A model generated the notes under the pieces. It was not told the DNA's origin. It saw only the letters and a list, made by a program, of their open reading frames with translations, and ran no database searches. From contig NC_069001.1 in the NCBI RefSeq assembly GCF_001194135.2, positions 18,658,886 to 18,722,885 of the forward strand: 64,000 bases of DNA. The letters are read 5' to 3'. Made by a program: the position numbers and the translations under genes. This document shows, piece by piece, positions 37,385 through 50,443 of this stretch; positions within the stretch are counted from its first letter, which is position 1, and every line of letters starts with the position of its first letter. This stretch comes from Octopus bimaculoides. Lineage: Eukaryota.

Positions 37385-38050
37385 ACTGAGTTTGGGTTCT
37401 GCTTGGTCCAAAATACTGAGCATAGCATGGATCACCAACTTGAAATTGATTGGAAGTTTCAAGTACATCTCCCTCAGTAGTCCTTTTCAATTTGGATGGG
37501 TCAAATGAACTGGAGATGGAAGCAAGACGTCAGTCTTGGTGTGTAATTGCCGACTGTTGAGTAATTCACTTGGCGAGTAGCCACTAGTGGTAGGTTTTTA
37601 TACCATCAGACAGCTAGTTGGCTCTGGCTGCTGGAACTGAAACTAACACGACACTGTTGGAAGGTAGGTTTAGAGAGGTCGTGGGCCAAAACTATGCACC
37701 TTTCTCCTTTATTGGTCAGTTGAAATTTTGATAGTGTCACATGACAATTGGCTGGTGCTGGCTGCTGTAGCCTACCTGTGAGTATTTAAAGGGAAATTTG
37801 GCAGGATGGTCATTTTCCCACTGCATCAAAGAAACCCAAGAACAAAAGGCCAAAGAAAACAGAGAAAGTAAAAACGCTCTCAACACCAGAGCTGAAGACA
37901 CCTCCAAAAGGAATGGTGGGTGCCTGCTATGTTGAAAACGGTAGAGGAGTAGGGGCCAAAACCAGATGTGGTTCCTTTTGATGATGTCTTTAGCCACTGG
38001 ATCCTATAAAGGAGCTGTCGAGGTAGCAAATCACGAAATGTGGTTGGAAT
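37385..38050 (-). mobile_element. Gypsy pol/integrase remnant
   Basis: Minus frames DPVAKDII...WP, TSGYSPSELLNSRQLHTKTDVLLPSP, FQVGDPCYAQYFGP. Confidence 0.65.
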
Positions 38051-38054
38051 TCCC

Positions 38055-38102
<48 letters not shown>

Positions 38103-38804
38103 CATGTACAAATATATACACATATACACACAGGTGTACATACATCTACATTGTAAATAGTACATATAAATTTGTAAGTGAAAGAGAAAGAAAATAAGGA
38201 AAAAAAGCGGGGAGAAATGATGATAGCAATATCTGACAGTGAAGGTAGGGGGTGGAAGAAGAAAGTAAAGTAAGGAAGAGAAAAGAAAGAATTGAGAGAA
38301 AGAGGCAAGGGAGAGAAAGAGAGGAAAAAAAGCAACTGGTGTGGGTTATAAGAGGGGAGGGGGAAGTAAGCTGGTAAGCTTACAATGTTTTTATAAGAAA
38401 TATGTATTGAAAGAAAAAGTTTGATAGTGAGAGAGTATAAGGGAATAAAACGTGGTCTGGTATATGTATCAGAGAGGGCATAAGGACATATATATGTAAG
38501 AATAAATGTAAATACACACACACACAGATACACACACACAGATACATACACACACACACTCACAAAAACAGCTACATCTACATGCTCACACTAATATATG
38601 TGTATGTATGTGCATAAATATTGATGTATGTAAAATGCACTTGCGTGTTTAAAAACCATATATACTAACATATACACATACAAACATATATATGTATATG
38701 CATGTACATGAGCAAATATACATATATAAAACTGCATATTAAATGTTCATAGATAGATTCCTATAAACACCTGTAAAATACATATATAAAGATACAATAC
38801 ATAT

Positions 38805-39456
38805 CAAGTGAGACCAAAATCCAAGGCCTCTGCCAGGGATAAACCAAAATCCAAGGCCTCTGCCGGGGATGTAGCCAGCCCACTTATGCGTAACATTCCT
38901 TCTTTGGACACTAAACTGTTGAGGCAAGTGAAATCGAAATCGAAATCGAACTAAATTTGTAGACTGGCACCCATGCCAACGTCTTCATTGAACACTAAAC
39001 TTGGCTTGCGAAGACCTATTGAGGCAAGCGAAAGCGAAATCGTGATGGCACCTGTACCAGTAAATCACTAAGAGCACTGTCCGAGCGTGATCTTTTCCAG
39101 AGCGCCAGCTGTCTGGCTTTTGTGCCGGTGGCACATAAATAGCACCATATGACATTCGAGAGAGTTCGTTGCCAGTCCTGCTGGACTGACTCCTGTGCAG
39201 GTGGTACGTAAAATACACCATTTCGAGCGTGGCCGTTGCCAGTACCCCCTGACTGGCCTTCATGCTGGTGGTACGTAAAAGCACCCACTACACTCTCTGA
39301 GTGGTTGGTGTTAGGAAGGGCATCCAGCAGTAGAAACTCTGCCAAATCAGATTGGAGCCTGGTGTAGCCATCTGGTTTCACCAGTCCTCAGTCAAATCGT
39401 CCAACCCATGCTAGCATGGAAAGCGGACGTTAAACGATGATGACGATGATGATGAT
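38805..39456 (+). mobile_element. RTE-associated long 3' UTR copy with internal ~65-bp subrepeats and (GAT)n tail
   Basis: Ends CATGGAAAGCGGACGTTAAACGATGATG; inverted homologue at 49483-50187. Confidence 0.8.
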
Positions 39457-40362
39457 ATATTGTATCCTTATGTATGTATACATATACATATATATACACA
39501 TACACACTCATAGGATAAAGATTGGTGTGTTAAATATATGCGAGCAAGAAAATGATATGTATAAACGAAAATAGTTAAATGAATAAAATATTTAAAATAG
39601 AATATTAAATCACAAATAAATTAAGTTAAAAAACATTATTTTAGGTAATATGATTCAGTGGGGTGTAGCTTTTTGTGGGTTAATTACACATATTTTATTA
39701 AGTACGATACACAATATCATAAATATTATAAGAAGAAAATTGAAGCAGAACTTGTAGGGATCTGTTTGAACTGGAGAGAGAAATTTAATTCTGAAAAATT
39801 AACAATGCAATTCAGAGGACCATGAAGGACAAAATTAATAATATAAAAAACTCAGACAAAATTTTCGTGAAGTCAGATAAGACAAAAATTTTATATGTAG
39901 TCGATATAAACCTTTATAACAGACTCCTATCAAATAGCATTACAGACACATAGAAAAAAACAAACAATAATTTATATAGACATGTGAATATTGAAGCAAG
40001 AAGAATTGCTTCCAACCTTAATGTCACCGATAGAATAGGAAGCCCTCCCCCATGCATGCCCTTTATTACCCTTAAGGACCATAGAATACTTTTAATAGAA
40101 ATCTCAAATGTAGAGTAATTAATCCACCAAAAACAGAAATAGAATGAATCAGCAAAATCATCTTAGATTCCTTCCTAGATAAAATAAGGTCTTAGATATA
40201 CACCTTTAGTGTAACAGTAGATCTGTTATAGACTAATTTAAGGGTATCAGTGATAAGAAAACTGTCAATTTATGCAGTTTGATATAGTGGACTATTACCT
40301 GTCTATATCAAGACCTCTACGTCTTAGAGCACTAGGTTTTCTAGGGAATATGTAACAATCAG

Positions 40363-41174
40363 ATGGCAGTGGACTTCCATACCAGCCAAAGAATAGCGAA
40401 GGCTTGCCAAGCCTTCTTGCTTCTTGCAGTGATGTCCTCGTCTGATCCACCTGATTTGCTGATCTTGCTGCCAAGATAGACAAACTCACTAACGTCCTCC
40501 ACAGGTGCCCCCTCAATTGTGATTGGCTCTTCCTGCTTGTTGTTGATACACAGCACTTTTGTCTTTTCCTGGCTGATCCTCAAGCCCACTCACCATGAAG
40601 TTTCTCTCGGGTGGTCTACCTTATCTTGCATGTCTTGCAGGTGATGTAACAGTAGCGCGAGATCATCTGCGTAGTCCAAGTCCTCCAGCTTGTTCATCAG
40701 TGTCCACTGAATACCTTTCCCGGAGGTAGCGTAAAATCTGTGCTTTTGTATGGCTCTGAAACGTTGGAGAGTCACCTGCAGCAACTACAAGAAGATCCAG
40801 ACCTTCATCAACAAATGTCTCCGGCAGATCCTCCATCTGAAGTGGTTCAACAGAGTGCCAAACACCAACCTGTGGAAAAGGGCCAACCAGGAGCCCATAC
40901 CTGTTCAGATTAGACAAAGGAAATGGAGATGGATCGGGGACACATTGCAGAAAGAACCCTCAAATGTGACACGACAAGCACTTGACTGGAACCCGCAGGG
41001 GAAAAGGAAGCGAGGACACCCGAAGCAGACATGGAAGCAGAGCATTTTGGACGAGTTCAGGACCACCGGCCTGACATGGGAAGCAGCCAAGAAATACGCC
41101 AATGACCGCAAAAAGTGGAAAATAACTGTTGAGGCCCTATGCTCTACAAGGGGCAAAAAGGATTAAAGAAGAAG
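40363..41174 (+). mobile_element. 5'-inverted (twin-primed) RTE insertion with 13-bp TSD
   Basis: 40363 to about 40729 is on the minus strand (LDYADDLALL...YLGS...WKSTAI); about 40730-41166 is on the plus strand (VKSVLLYGSE...WRWIG...ALCSTRGKKD*); (GAA)n tail; TSD ATGTAACAATCAG (40350-40362) / ACGTAACTATCAG (41175-41187). Confidence 0.88.
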
Positions 41175-42023
41175 ACGTAACTATCAGCAATTCTTACTGA
41201 CTTTATTTTACATGCTAGGAAATTTTTACTTTGTTTTGATGATTCAAACTGAGTCAAGAAAAATGGGGATTCTTTATTTGATGTGCTTATGAGTGAGTAC
41301 GAATTATTGCATGTTAATAGGTATTCATATCCTGCAGGGTTATATTAAGATGATGCAATATGAATGGACATGAACTTGATGGCCTTAGGAAGAATCTTAT
41401 TGCATTCTTCCAAAGAATAGGCTTAAAAATTACAATAGACACAAATATTAGTAACATTAACTTCTTAGACATTAACCTAGATTTAGAATCAGATAGTTTT
41501 AAACCTTTTCTTAAGCCTAATGAAAGGCTATACTATATTGACAAAGAATCCATTTGCCTAACTGTCATTCTTAGAAACATAGTTAGCAACATAGGAAAGT
41601 GTATTTCATCATTATATTCAGACAAGGCAGCTTTTTGAAATGCCACTCTGCATTATAATGATACTTTGTATAACAGTGGATTCTCAGAGAAGGTCCAATA
41701 TATTCATAATGTAGGTAACCATAGTAGAGCCTGCAAAACTAAGACTAGAAAGGTTTTGTGGTTCAATCCAACCTTCAGCATTATTGTTAAAACCAATGTA
41801 GGCAAAGAATTTTAAAATTTAGTTTCTAGACACTTTCCAGCCAACCACAAATGCCATAATATCTTCAATAGAAGAACACTTAAGGTTAGCTGTTCTTGTT
41901 GCAAAAACTTTGCCTCTCTAATAAACCAGCTCAACACAAAGGTCCTTAATAAGACTGAGCAAATTTCAAAGACCCAAGTTTCGAAGACCAAATTTCAAAG
42001 ACCCAAAATGTAATTTCAAAGAC

Positions 42024-43488
42024 GATATAGTTAACCAGGTGGCACATGAAGGATTCATACCCAATGACTAGTGTAACAGCACCATAGACAACTGCTACAA
42101 AGGTAAAGGTGACACCTTAGATAGAGATAATTACAGAGGTATCAAATTGTTGGATCAGTTGATGAATGTTACAGAGAGGGTCGTAGCCCAACTAATTAGG
42201 GAGAAAGTTAGTCTAGATAGTTTTGTGCCAGGGAGAAGCACCAGTATTGTTATATTTCTGGTAAGGCAGCTGCAAGAAAAATACCTGATCAAAGATAAAC
42301 CTCTGTACATGGCTTTTGTTGACTTGGAGAAAGCCTTTTACAGGGTTCTCTGATCCCTTATCTAGTGGTCAATGTGGAAACTAGGGATAGACAAGTGGTT
42401 GGTGAGAGCTGTACAAACCATGTACAGAGATGCTGTCAGTAAGGTGAGGCTTGACAACGAGTATAGTGATGAATTCAAGGTACAAGTAGGGGTTCACCAA
42501 GGACCAGTCCTCAGCCCCTTCTTGTTCATCTGAAGGGATTTGTGATTTGTCTGCTCTCCTATTTACTTAGATTTTGGTTTTTGCTAGATTAACTCTAAGG
42601 CCCTTTGATTCTGGACCTTGTTTCCATGTCTGAAATTTCTTCTCTAGTTCTGGTAGTGATTCAGCTATAAGAACAAGGCTGTCAGCATAGAGGAGCTCCC
42701 AGAGGTAGCCTGTTTTAGATTTTTCTATTATTGCCTGGAGGACTATGAGGACTATGAAAAAGGTATAGGTAGAAACTCCATAAGATGTACCCAGCGTAAA
42801 CTATGGACACATAAGAGTTGCAGCAATATCAGAAGAAGGTTAACAGGGAAAATAGTTTTTGTGTGTGGAAGGTGCACAGGTACAATTAACACTAAAAATG
42901 TACAGAAAACAGACTCCATCAAATGCCAGTGGGGAAAACTAGAAGTAGTTGATAGCTTCTGTTACCTAGGTGACCAAATCAGTAGTGAGGGTGGATGCCC
43001 TGAGAGCATAGCTGCTAGAATAAGAATAGTCTGGGCAAAGTTCAGAGAGCTCCTACCTCTGCTGGTAACAAAGAGCTTCTCACAGTAAAAAGCAGATTGT
43101 ATGATGCCTGTGTGTGAACAATCGTCTTACATGGCAGTGAAATGTGGGCTGTTACCACTGAGGACATGCGTAAGCTTGTAAGAAATGAAGTTAGTATACT
43201 TTACTGGATGTGTAATGTTAGTGTGCTTGCACAACAGAGTGTAAGCATCTTGAGAGAAAAGTTGGGTACAAGAGGCATCAAATGTGGTGTGCAAGAGAGA
43301 CAACTGCACTGGTATGGTCATCTAATGTGTATAGACAAGAACAGCTGTGCAAAGAAGTGCCGATCTCTTACAGTGAAGGGAATCTGTGGAAGAGATAGAC
43401 CGAGGAAAATATAGGGTGAGGTGGTAAAGCATGATCTTCGAATGTTGGGCCTCATGGAGGCAATGACAAGTGACTGAGACCTTTGGCA
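42024..43488 (+). mobile_element. RTE fragment with an internal inversion of the YADD segment
   Basis: NYRGIKLLDQ, FVDLEKAF, GVHQG on plus; 42531-42748 on minus reads IVLQAI...ELLYADSLVL...LRVNLAKTK; plus strand resumes RKGIGRNS...YLGD...LHWYGH. Confidence 0.85.
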
Positions 43489-44125
43489 TAATCTATTGCT
43501 CCAAAGTCCAGATGGATAATACAAGTACCTAGAAGACATACATTTACAGACTCTACAGAAAATGTTTTTCAAAACGAGGCTATACCTATACAGAAAGTCT
43601 TTTCAAGTACCTGGAAAATAGAACTGCAATGAGCCTGGCCAAACATATATGGGATTCAAAAGAAGCAGGTTCTTCACTTTTTAAAATCTACTGGCCTGTT
43701 TTAGAAAAGGCTGCCCCATACAAGCACAGGTATTATAGAAGCTCAATGAAATGTCATTTATGCTTGAGGGAAAAGTCCTTTATTCTTTTCCATGATAAGC
43801 ATGCTTAAACCAAAAAAACAAAGCTCTTGAACTACTGCCAATATGCTTCCAGGTACCTTATGAATTTCCAAACGATCCCTATGGACAGCAAACCTTTGGT
43901 CTTGACATTTCTCACTTTTATCATATATATATCCCTACCTAATTTTTATTCAGCAATACCTGGTCATTTAAAAAAAACATTCAACTTTTTCGATAGGCCC
44001 TTTTTTCCTGTCGAACTATACTGAATTTTATCTATAGGCTTTGCCAACTGATTTTAATTTTCAATTTATAATTTAAACGTATGTCCAATTTATTCATTTG
44101 AAAATTCTTCAAGGCATTGTCACAG

Positions 44126-44172
44126 CATGGCCACAGTCTCATGACAGAAACAAGTAAAAGATAAAGATAAGA
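44126..44172 (+). mobile_element. Isolated 3' tail of SINE family A
   Basis: GCATGGCCACAGTCTCATGACAGAAACAAGTAAAAG matches the reverse complement of the family A 3' end. Confidence 0.55.
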
Positions 44173-44619
44173 GATTAAATGCATTGTTGCATATTTTCTT
44201 ATGTCTGCATCTAAGTGTAAATGACAGTATATGTATGTATATATGTATGTGTTTATATGCATATGTGTGTCTGTTTATACAGACATGAGAAAAATGCTGC
44301 TTGTATCAATTGTGTGTGAAACAAAATTCGTCTTGTTTTTTTTAATGCAATTTTTAGTGTTTATTGTCATCACAGTTTGTATTAACATAAAAGCTCTAAG
44401 TGTACAATGAAGTGTATAGTATTTTCTTTGAGTTTTATCTAAGTTCTTCTCAAAAGAGTTCAAGCCAGTTGCTAACAAAATGACAAAACTTATTGAGTTA
44501 AGAGAGTTCCTGGTGTTTGTAAATATATGGTTGAGTTGGTGTGTTAGTTGAGTTGGTGTGTTGGTTGAGCTGTTGATGCACACATCCAAATGTGTGCATC
44601 TATTCACCTAAAGAATCTT

Positions 44620-46420
44620 AGATGGAGAATCTTTAGAGTGTCTTACAATTCTTCACTGTGCCACAAATAAATTGGATTTGGGGAATCTGCACTAGTTTCT
44701 TTGCTATTTCTTTGAAAATCTGAGCATTTCTAGGTTTTCGTGTAAATTTGCTGGTACATAACCAAATGCACCTATGATTATAGGTACAAATGAGAATTCA
44801 TATTCAGGGCACAAGAGCTGTAAGTTCCTCATTAATTCACCATAAATGTTCTCTTTTCCCTGGATTTTTGATTGTACATTCACATCAGCTGACCTCTACA
44901 ACAGTGCATGACTTTTGTTCCCTATCCCACAGAACAGTATCAGGTTTGTTATGTTTGTACCAAACTGATGTTTCTATTGGGGTCTTCCACCAGAATTCTT
45001 TGTTTTTAAAGGTATGAATACCTGCTGGTTTTCGTATGCCTTTGATGTATATGACAAGGCAGTCCTTCCTGTGGATAGCATTATAATGATATTTGAAACC
45101 ATATGCCTCAGTGGCAGGTAGTGTCTCAGATATTTTGGAGCAACAACTGATAATGTGAGTGATATCTTCCACACTAGTTTAGTAGAGTTGACATTTTTTA
45201 TCACAACATAGAGGTTTGGTGGTATCTTTGTCTGTCTTATTCATCAGGTATTTAGTAGCTATCCCCTGTTCCTGGGTAGGGAAAGCATATACTTCTAGGT
45301 AGGATGTAATGTAACTGTCACTGGTTGAGGAGAGCCTACTCTTCCTATCAATGCTGTTGTTGCCCTCTAGCTTACAGGATATGTACCCATGTAATGCTTT
45401 TTGCAGGTACGATGCCTGCTTCTCCTCCAAACTTCTGTTTAGGTAGGCTAGTCTAGCCTCATTTGGATTGCATGAGACAGTTGTATTCTCAGAGTACTTA
45501 CACAGTAATTCTTCTCCAACTCCAAGATGTTGTTCCTCTCACTTTTGAGTATGCATAGAATGTCCTCATTTTTTCTTTATTGTTCAGCAGGTGTTGTCTG
45601 AGTAATACAGTGTGACCTTCAAAGGCTGTTTGGACTGACCTTATGCTTCTACTGCCATCACTTCATTTCACATAGATCCTATCAGTCACTGTTAATGTGG
45701 AAGTTGCCAGTGGTAGTCAGTACCTTTCTGGTTTTGATGTTGAGTATCCAGTCCAATATCCCAAATGTTGGCACTAGCACTGGCACTGCAAAGGTATTGT
45801 GAGATACTGTCGTGTTAAATACAGACAGTTCTGAGTTTCGTATTTTCCAGAGTCTACAGAAGTACTCTTGTTATTCTGGCTTAAGTCACAGCACCACCAT
45901 ATGCAACATTTTCAGTGATTCCAAGGTACTTGTAGCTTTCAACATTACAGACAGGGGAGATAGACAAGCCATTGCTGTACATATTTTCTCTGCTTGGTTG
46001 ACAATCTGTCCTTGATTGACTCTTGCCCAAACTCCTTTCCAGTGTTTCATGAGAATGTGACTCGTTCTAATTGTCCCTTGATGTTGATCATATTGCCAGA
46101 ATATAACTTTCAATCATCAATGAAGAATGTGTGGGTGAAATTAATTTTATTCTTTTCTGCATATCCCAGCATGTACCCTTGGCATTTTGTGAACAGGGTT
46201 GACAAGGAGCTCACTGCCAGTACAAACAACATTACAAATAAACTATCACCCAAGAATATGCCTGTTTGTAACAATAGGTCTTGCTCTCATTGCTGTCAGT
46301 AATAACTGTATGTACCACGTTGTGCTCAGTTTTTTAATATCATTCACTACAGCAGCTGGTACTTTGGCAAGGTGTAGTGATTCTATCATCCATGAGTGAG
46401 GTACAGAGTCGAACATATTG
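44620..46420 (-). mobile_element. Decayed R4/NeSL-like RLE LINE
   Basis: FDSVPHSW, GDSLFVMLF, HTFFIDD, EVYAFPTQEQ, HNKPDTVLWD..K.C.VVEVS, GELMRNLQLL. Confidence 0.8.
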
Positions 46421-46464
46421 TACATACATACATGCATACATACATACATGCATACATACATACA

Positions 46465-46937
46465 ATGGTTACGTTGGACTGGTCACCTTATTAGAATGAA
46501 GGATAGCAGGATTCCTAAGCAGATGCTCTATGGAGAACTTGTGAATGGAAGGAGACTCCGGTAGAAACAAAGGCTGCAATTTAAGGGCTGTGTCAAGTCC
46601 TCATTAAAGGCCTGTGATATGCAGGACACTGACTGGGAGAACAATGCCTGTCATCGCTACGGATGGAGGAAGCAGGTTAAGGAGGGGATCGAGACTTTTG
46701 AGAGAGCACGTATCCAGCGTGAAGAACTTAAGCGAGCTGCATGAAAGCGCACGGCTCGTATAGTGAATGGGGAAAGCTTGGTCTAACAATGTTTGCAGTT
46801 GTGTATGCTTGTCAGGAGCAGGGCTCATTAGCCACCAACAGAGCCGCAAATGCAAAATATAAGTTAGTCCTAGAGCACACAATGTTCCTGAAGGTCGGCA
46901 ATGGTCTTCCTCTGTCACAAGTGGATGGCCATCATCA
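46465..46937 (+). mobile_element. 3' fragment of an RTE LINE
   Basis: LRWTGHLIRMKDSRIPKQMLYGELVNG...KSSLKAC; (CAT)n tail. Confidence 0.8.
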
Positions 46938-47413
46938 TGTATGTATGTATGTACATATGTATGTATGTATGTACGTACATACGTACGTATGTATGTATGT
47001 ATGTATGTATGTATGTGTGTATGTATGTAGACCTGTTAATCCAAACTCATTTATTCTCTCTCCATTTTTCCTTCCTCATCCTTGTCTGTCGAAAAGTGTA
47101 AGCTGAAAACACCAAAGCTTTTTCTATTTTCCAAAGCATCAAACTGATACACCTTGCTTGTTCTCTCACCTGCCTTTGTCTTATTTTTTGTACATTTCAA
47201 CCATATAAATATATGTGTTTTCTATGTATGTATATATATGTATGTATGTATATATGTATGTATATATATATATGTATGTATATATATATGTATGTATATA
47301 TATATATGTATGTATGGATATGAATGTATGTGTGTCTATATATATGTTTATGTATGCATATAATGTGTATATATGAATATATATGTATATATAAATATGT
47401 AGATATGTGTGCA

Positions 47414-47444
<31 letters not shown>

Positions 47445-47959
47445 ATGCATAATTAGGTATATATGTACAATTATTACTTCATTCTATAACCCCTCTCTCT
47501 GTTTTCTATGTTATTAAATATATTTTCCTCTCCTCAAGCTATTTAAAGGACTCCTGATTACTAAATATGTAGAAACACTTCAACCAAGAGTAAATTTTGT
47601 ATTATTTCATTCTCTGTCTGAAGAATCCACCATCTTCAGGCATAATTTAAATAGTCGACCTGAACATAACCTATTCATTCAGCTAGTGTTGTTTTTAATT
47701 TAAACACTGCAATTTATGGAAGAGTAAGAAGTTGGGTGTGGTCTAAAAGAAGCAATTAACAAATATAGGAAAACATGAAAAGATACAATGGCAATAAAGC
47801 AAATCTAATTTATGCTCCAAAACAGAGACATCAAAATATTCTGAAGTTGCTATAGACACAGTAGTGCCTATAGGTACATTAAATGGTCATCAAATAGACA
47901 ACAAACATACTATCAGTTAAGTGGAGACAACCACATAAATATACACTGACAATACATAC

Positions 47960-49116
47960 TAGTATATTCCCTCCAAGAAAAAGGTTTTCAGTTTGGTCGT
48001 GTAACCATTTATGCACCAATTCCTTCACATCTTCATCTGTAGGAAATCAACGACCTCGTAAACAATCATTGAGTGATCCAAAGATATGATAGCTGGAAGG
48101 GGTGAGATCTGAGTTGTAGGTAGGATGTTCCAGCATCTCAAAACCCAATTGGTTAATGGTTTCAACAGTCTGGGTGGCCATGTGTGGGCATACATTGCCA
48201 TGCAACAACAAAATTTTCTTTGACAATAGTCTTCAGCATTTGGTGTAAATTGCTGGCTTCAGTTTGTTGGCCAGCAAAGCATTGTATCTTGCACTGTTGA
48301 TCATACACTCCTTTTCCAGATAGTCTTCCAGTATAGGCCCTTTTGAATCCCAAAAAGGATTAGTATCACCTTTCCTGCAAAAGACTGAGTCTTGAATTTC
48401 TCGTCACTAGCAAGCCAGGATGTTTCCACTCCATACTCTGTCTTTTAGATTCTGCCTCTTAATGATAGACCCACATTTCATCTGTGACTACTCTGCTCAA
48501 ACATTCCTCACTCCCATTGTTGTAGTGATTGAGTAAATATTGGCAGACCTCAAGACATTTGCGCTTGTGCTCTGTAGTAAGCTCTCTTGGCACCCATCTT
48601 GCACAGACTTTATGGAAGCTGATCTTATCGTGGATGATTTGATAGCCAGAACCATGACTAATCTGCAGAGAAAGAGCTACCTCATTGATGATAACTTGCC
48701 GGTTCACCATTACCATCTCCCGAGCTTGCTGAATCTTCTCATCGGTGGTGGAGGTTAACAGGCATCTCACTCCTTTGTGCATCATGCTTGTCCGGACACT
48801 TTTAAACTTCTTGATCCACTCATACACACTTCTGTGCAATAGTGCACTGCCCCTGTATTGTGCTAAAAGCCTCCAAGGAATTTCAACACCTGACACACTT
48901 TCTGACCAGAGAAATTGGGTCACTGTTCTTTCTTCTTTGGTGCACTTTGCTGTGAAGTGGCCATGCTTACACTGTAAAACCAGAATGAAATATGGCACAA
49001 ACTTTGATCATGTGACTACAATAGTACCAACTATTAGCATGCATGTACAGAAGGCAGTGTGACAATAATAAAGATATATTATGGCAAAAGTGGAGATAAT
49101 TTTTTACTTCTCCTCG
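47960..49116 (-). mobile_element. Mariner (DD34D) transposon, decayed, 3' TIR missing
   Basis: ORF 48459-48998 has VYEWIKKF, CARWVPREL, VTDEMWVYH; later SDLTPSSYHIFGSL; 5' TIR TA|CGAGGAGAAGTAAAAAATTATC at 49116. Confidence 0.85.
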
Positions 49117-49482
49117 TACATATATATATATATATATAAGTATATATAATTATATAAATACAATTATAAGGACACTAATGAATAGCACTACATGCTAGAA
49201 GTAGACACCAGATGGCTCTAAGAACTACAGTTACTTGCTCCATTAGCACAGACTGAAAGTGAAGAAAGAGAATCAATAAGATTTCTTAAAAGAAGTTTAA
49301 CTATAGATCAATTTCTGGTTTAGGGATATAAAATCTCCCTACAATATAGTATGACCAATTGTACATAATTATAAACATTTATACTTACCAATACAAATAT
49401 CATGTATTCATAATCATATATGCAAATGTTCACATTTCTATATGAGCTAAAGCTAATTTATCCACCTCAACATATATATCCC

Positions 49483-50187
49483 CATCATCATCATCATCAT
49501 CATCATCATTGTTTAACGTCCGCTTTCCATGCTAGCATGGGTTGGACGATTTGACTGAGAACTGGTGGACCAGGTGGCTACACCAGGCTCCAATCTGATT
49601 TGGCAGAGTTTCTACAGCTGGATGCCCTTCCTAACACCAACCACTCAGAGAGTGTAGTGGGTGCTTTTACGTGCCACCGGCACGAAGGCCAGTCAGGGGG
49701 TACTGGCAACGGCCACGCTCAAAATGGTGTTTTTTTCGTACCACCTGCACAGGAGCCAGTCCAGCGGTACTGGCAACGATCTCGCTCAAATGTCTTTTCA
49801 CGTGCCACTGGCACAAGTGCCACGAAGGTGACGTTGGTAACGGTGCTATTTACGTGCCACCGGCATGGAAGCCAGACAGCTGGTGCTCTGGCAACGATCA
49901 CGCTCGGACGGTGCTCTTAGTGCTCCACTGGTACAGGTGCCATCACAATTCCGCTTTCGCTTGCCCCAACAGGTCTTCATAAGCTGAGTTTGGTGTTCAA
50001 TGAAAGAGACGTTGGCTTGGGTGCCAGTCTACAAATTTAGTTTGATTTCGATTTCACTTGCCTCAACAGGTCTTCGCAAGCGGAGTTTAGTGTCCAATGA
50101 AGGAATGTTACGCGTAAGTGGGCTGGCTACATCCCTGGCAGAGGCCTTGGATTTTGGTCTCACTTGGCTTGCCAGGTCTTCTCACGT
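49483..50187 (-). mobile_element. RTE ORF end (EKTWQAK*) plus long 3' UTR with subrepeats
   Basis: Inverted homologue of 38805-39456. Confidence 0.8.
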
Positions 50188-50232
50188 AACACACACACAT
50201 GCATATAGATACACACATATATATACAGAAAC

Positions 50233-50443
50233 GTTAGCATGCCGGGCGAAATGCTTAGCGGTATTTCATCTGCCGTTACGTTCTGAGTTCGAATCCCGCC
50301 GAGGTCGACTTTGCCTTTCATCCTTTCGGGGTCGATTAAATAAGTACCAGTTACGCACTGGGGTCGATATAATCGACTTAATCCGTTTGTCTGTCCTTGT
50401 TTGTCCCCTCTGTGTGTAGCCCCTTGTGGGTAGTAAAAAAAAT
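50233..50443 (+). mobile_element. tRNA-related SINE (family B) with Nin-like central domain
   Basis: B-box GTTCGAATC; core GCCTTTCATCCTTTCGGGGTCGAT...AAGTACCAG. Confidence 0.75.

Larger units (their letters stand above)
39740..43880 (+). mobile_element. Decayed PLE hosting two nested RTE insertions
   Basis: IFVKSDKTK, FITLKDH, FMQFDIVDYY (before 40350); continues HARK...FDVLM, NFLDINLDL, LWFNP, KCNF (41190-42023); resumes SLAKHIWD...KCHLCLREK (43490-43880). Confidence 0.8.

Noticed and set aside
4562-49930. CRISPR-like arrays (4562-4640, 13931-13969, 49660-49930)
   Set aside because: No constant repeat with unique spacers, no cas genes, eukaryotic context; explained as SINE tail, tandem repeat and LINE UTR
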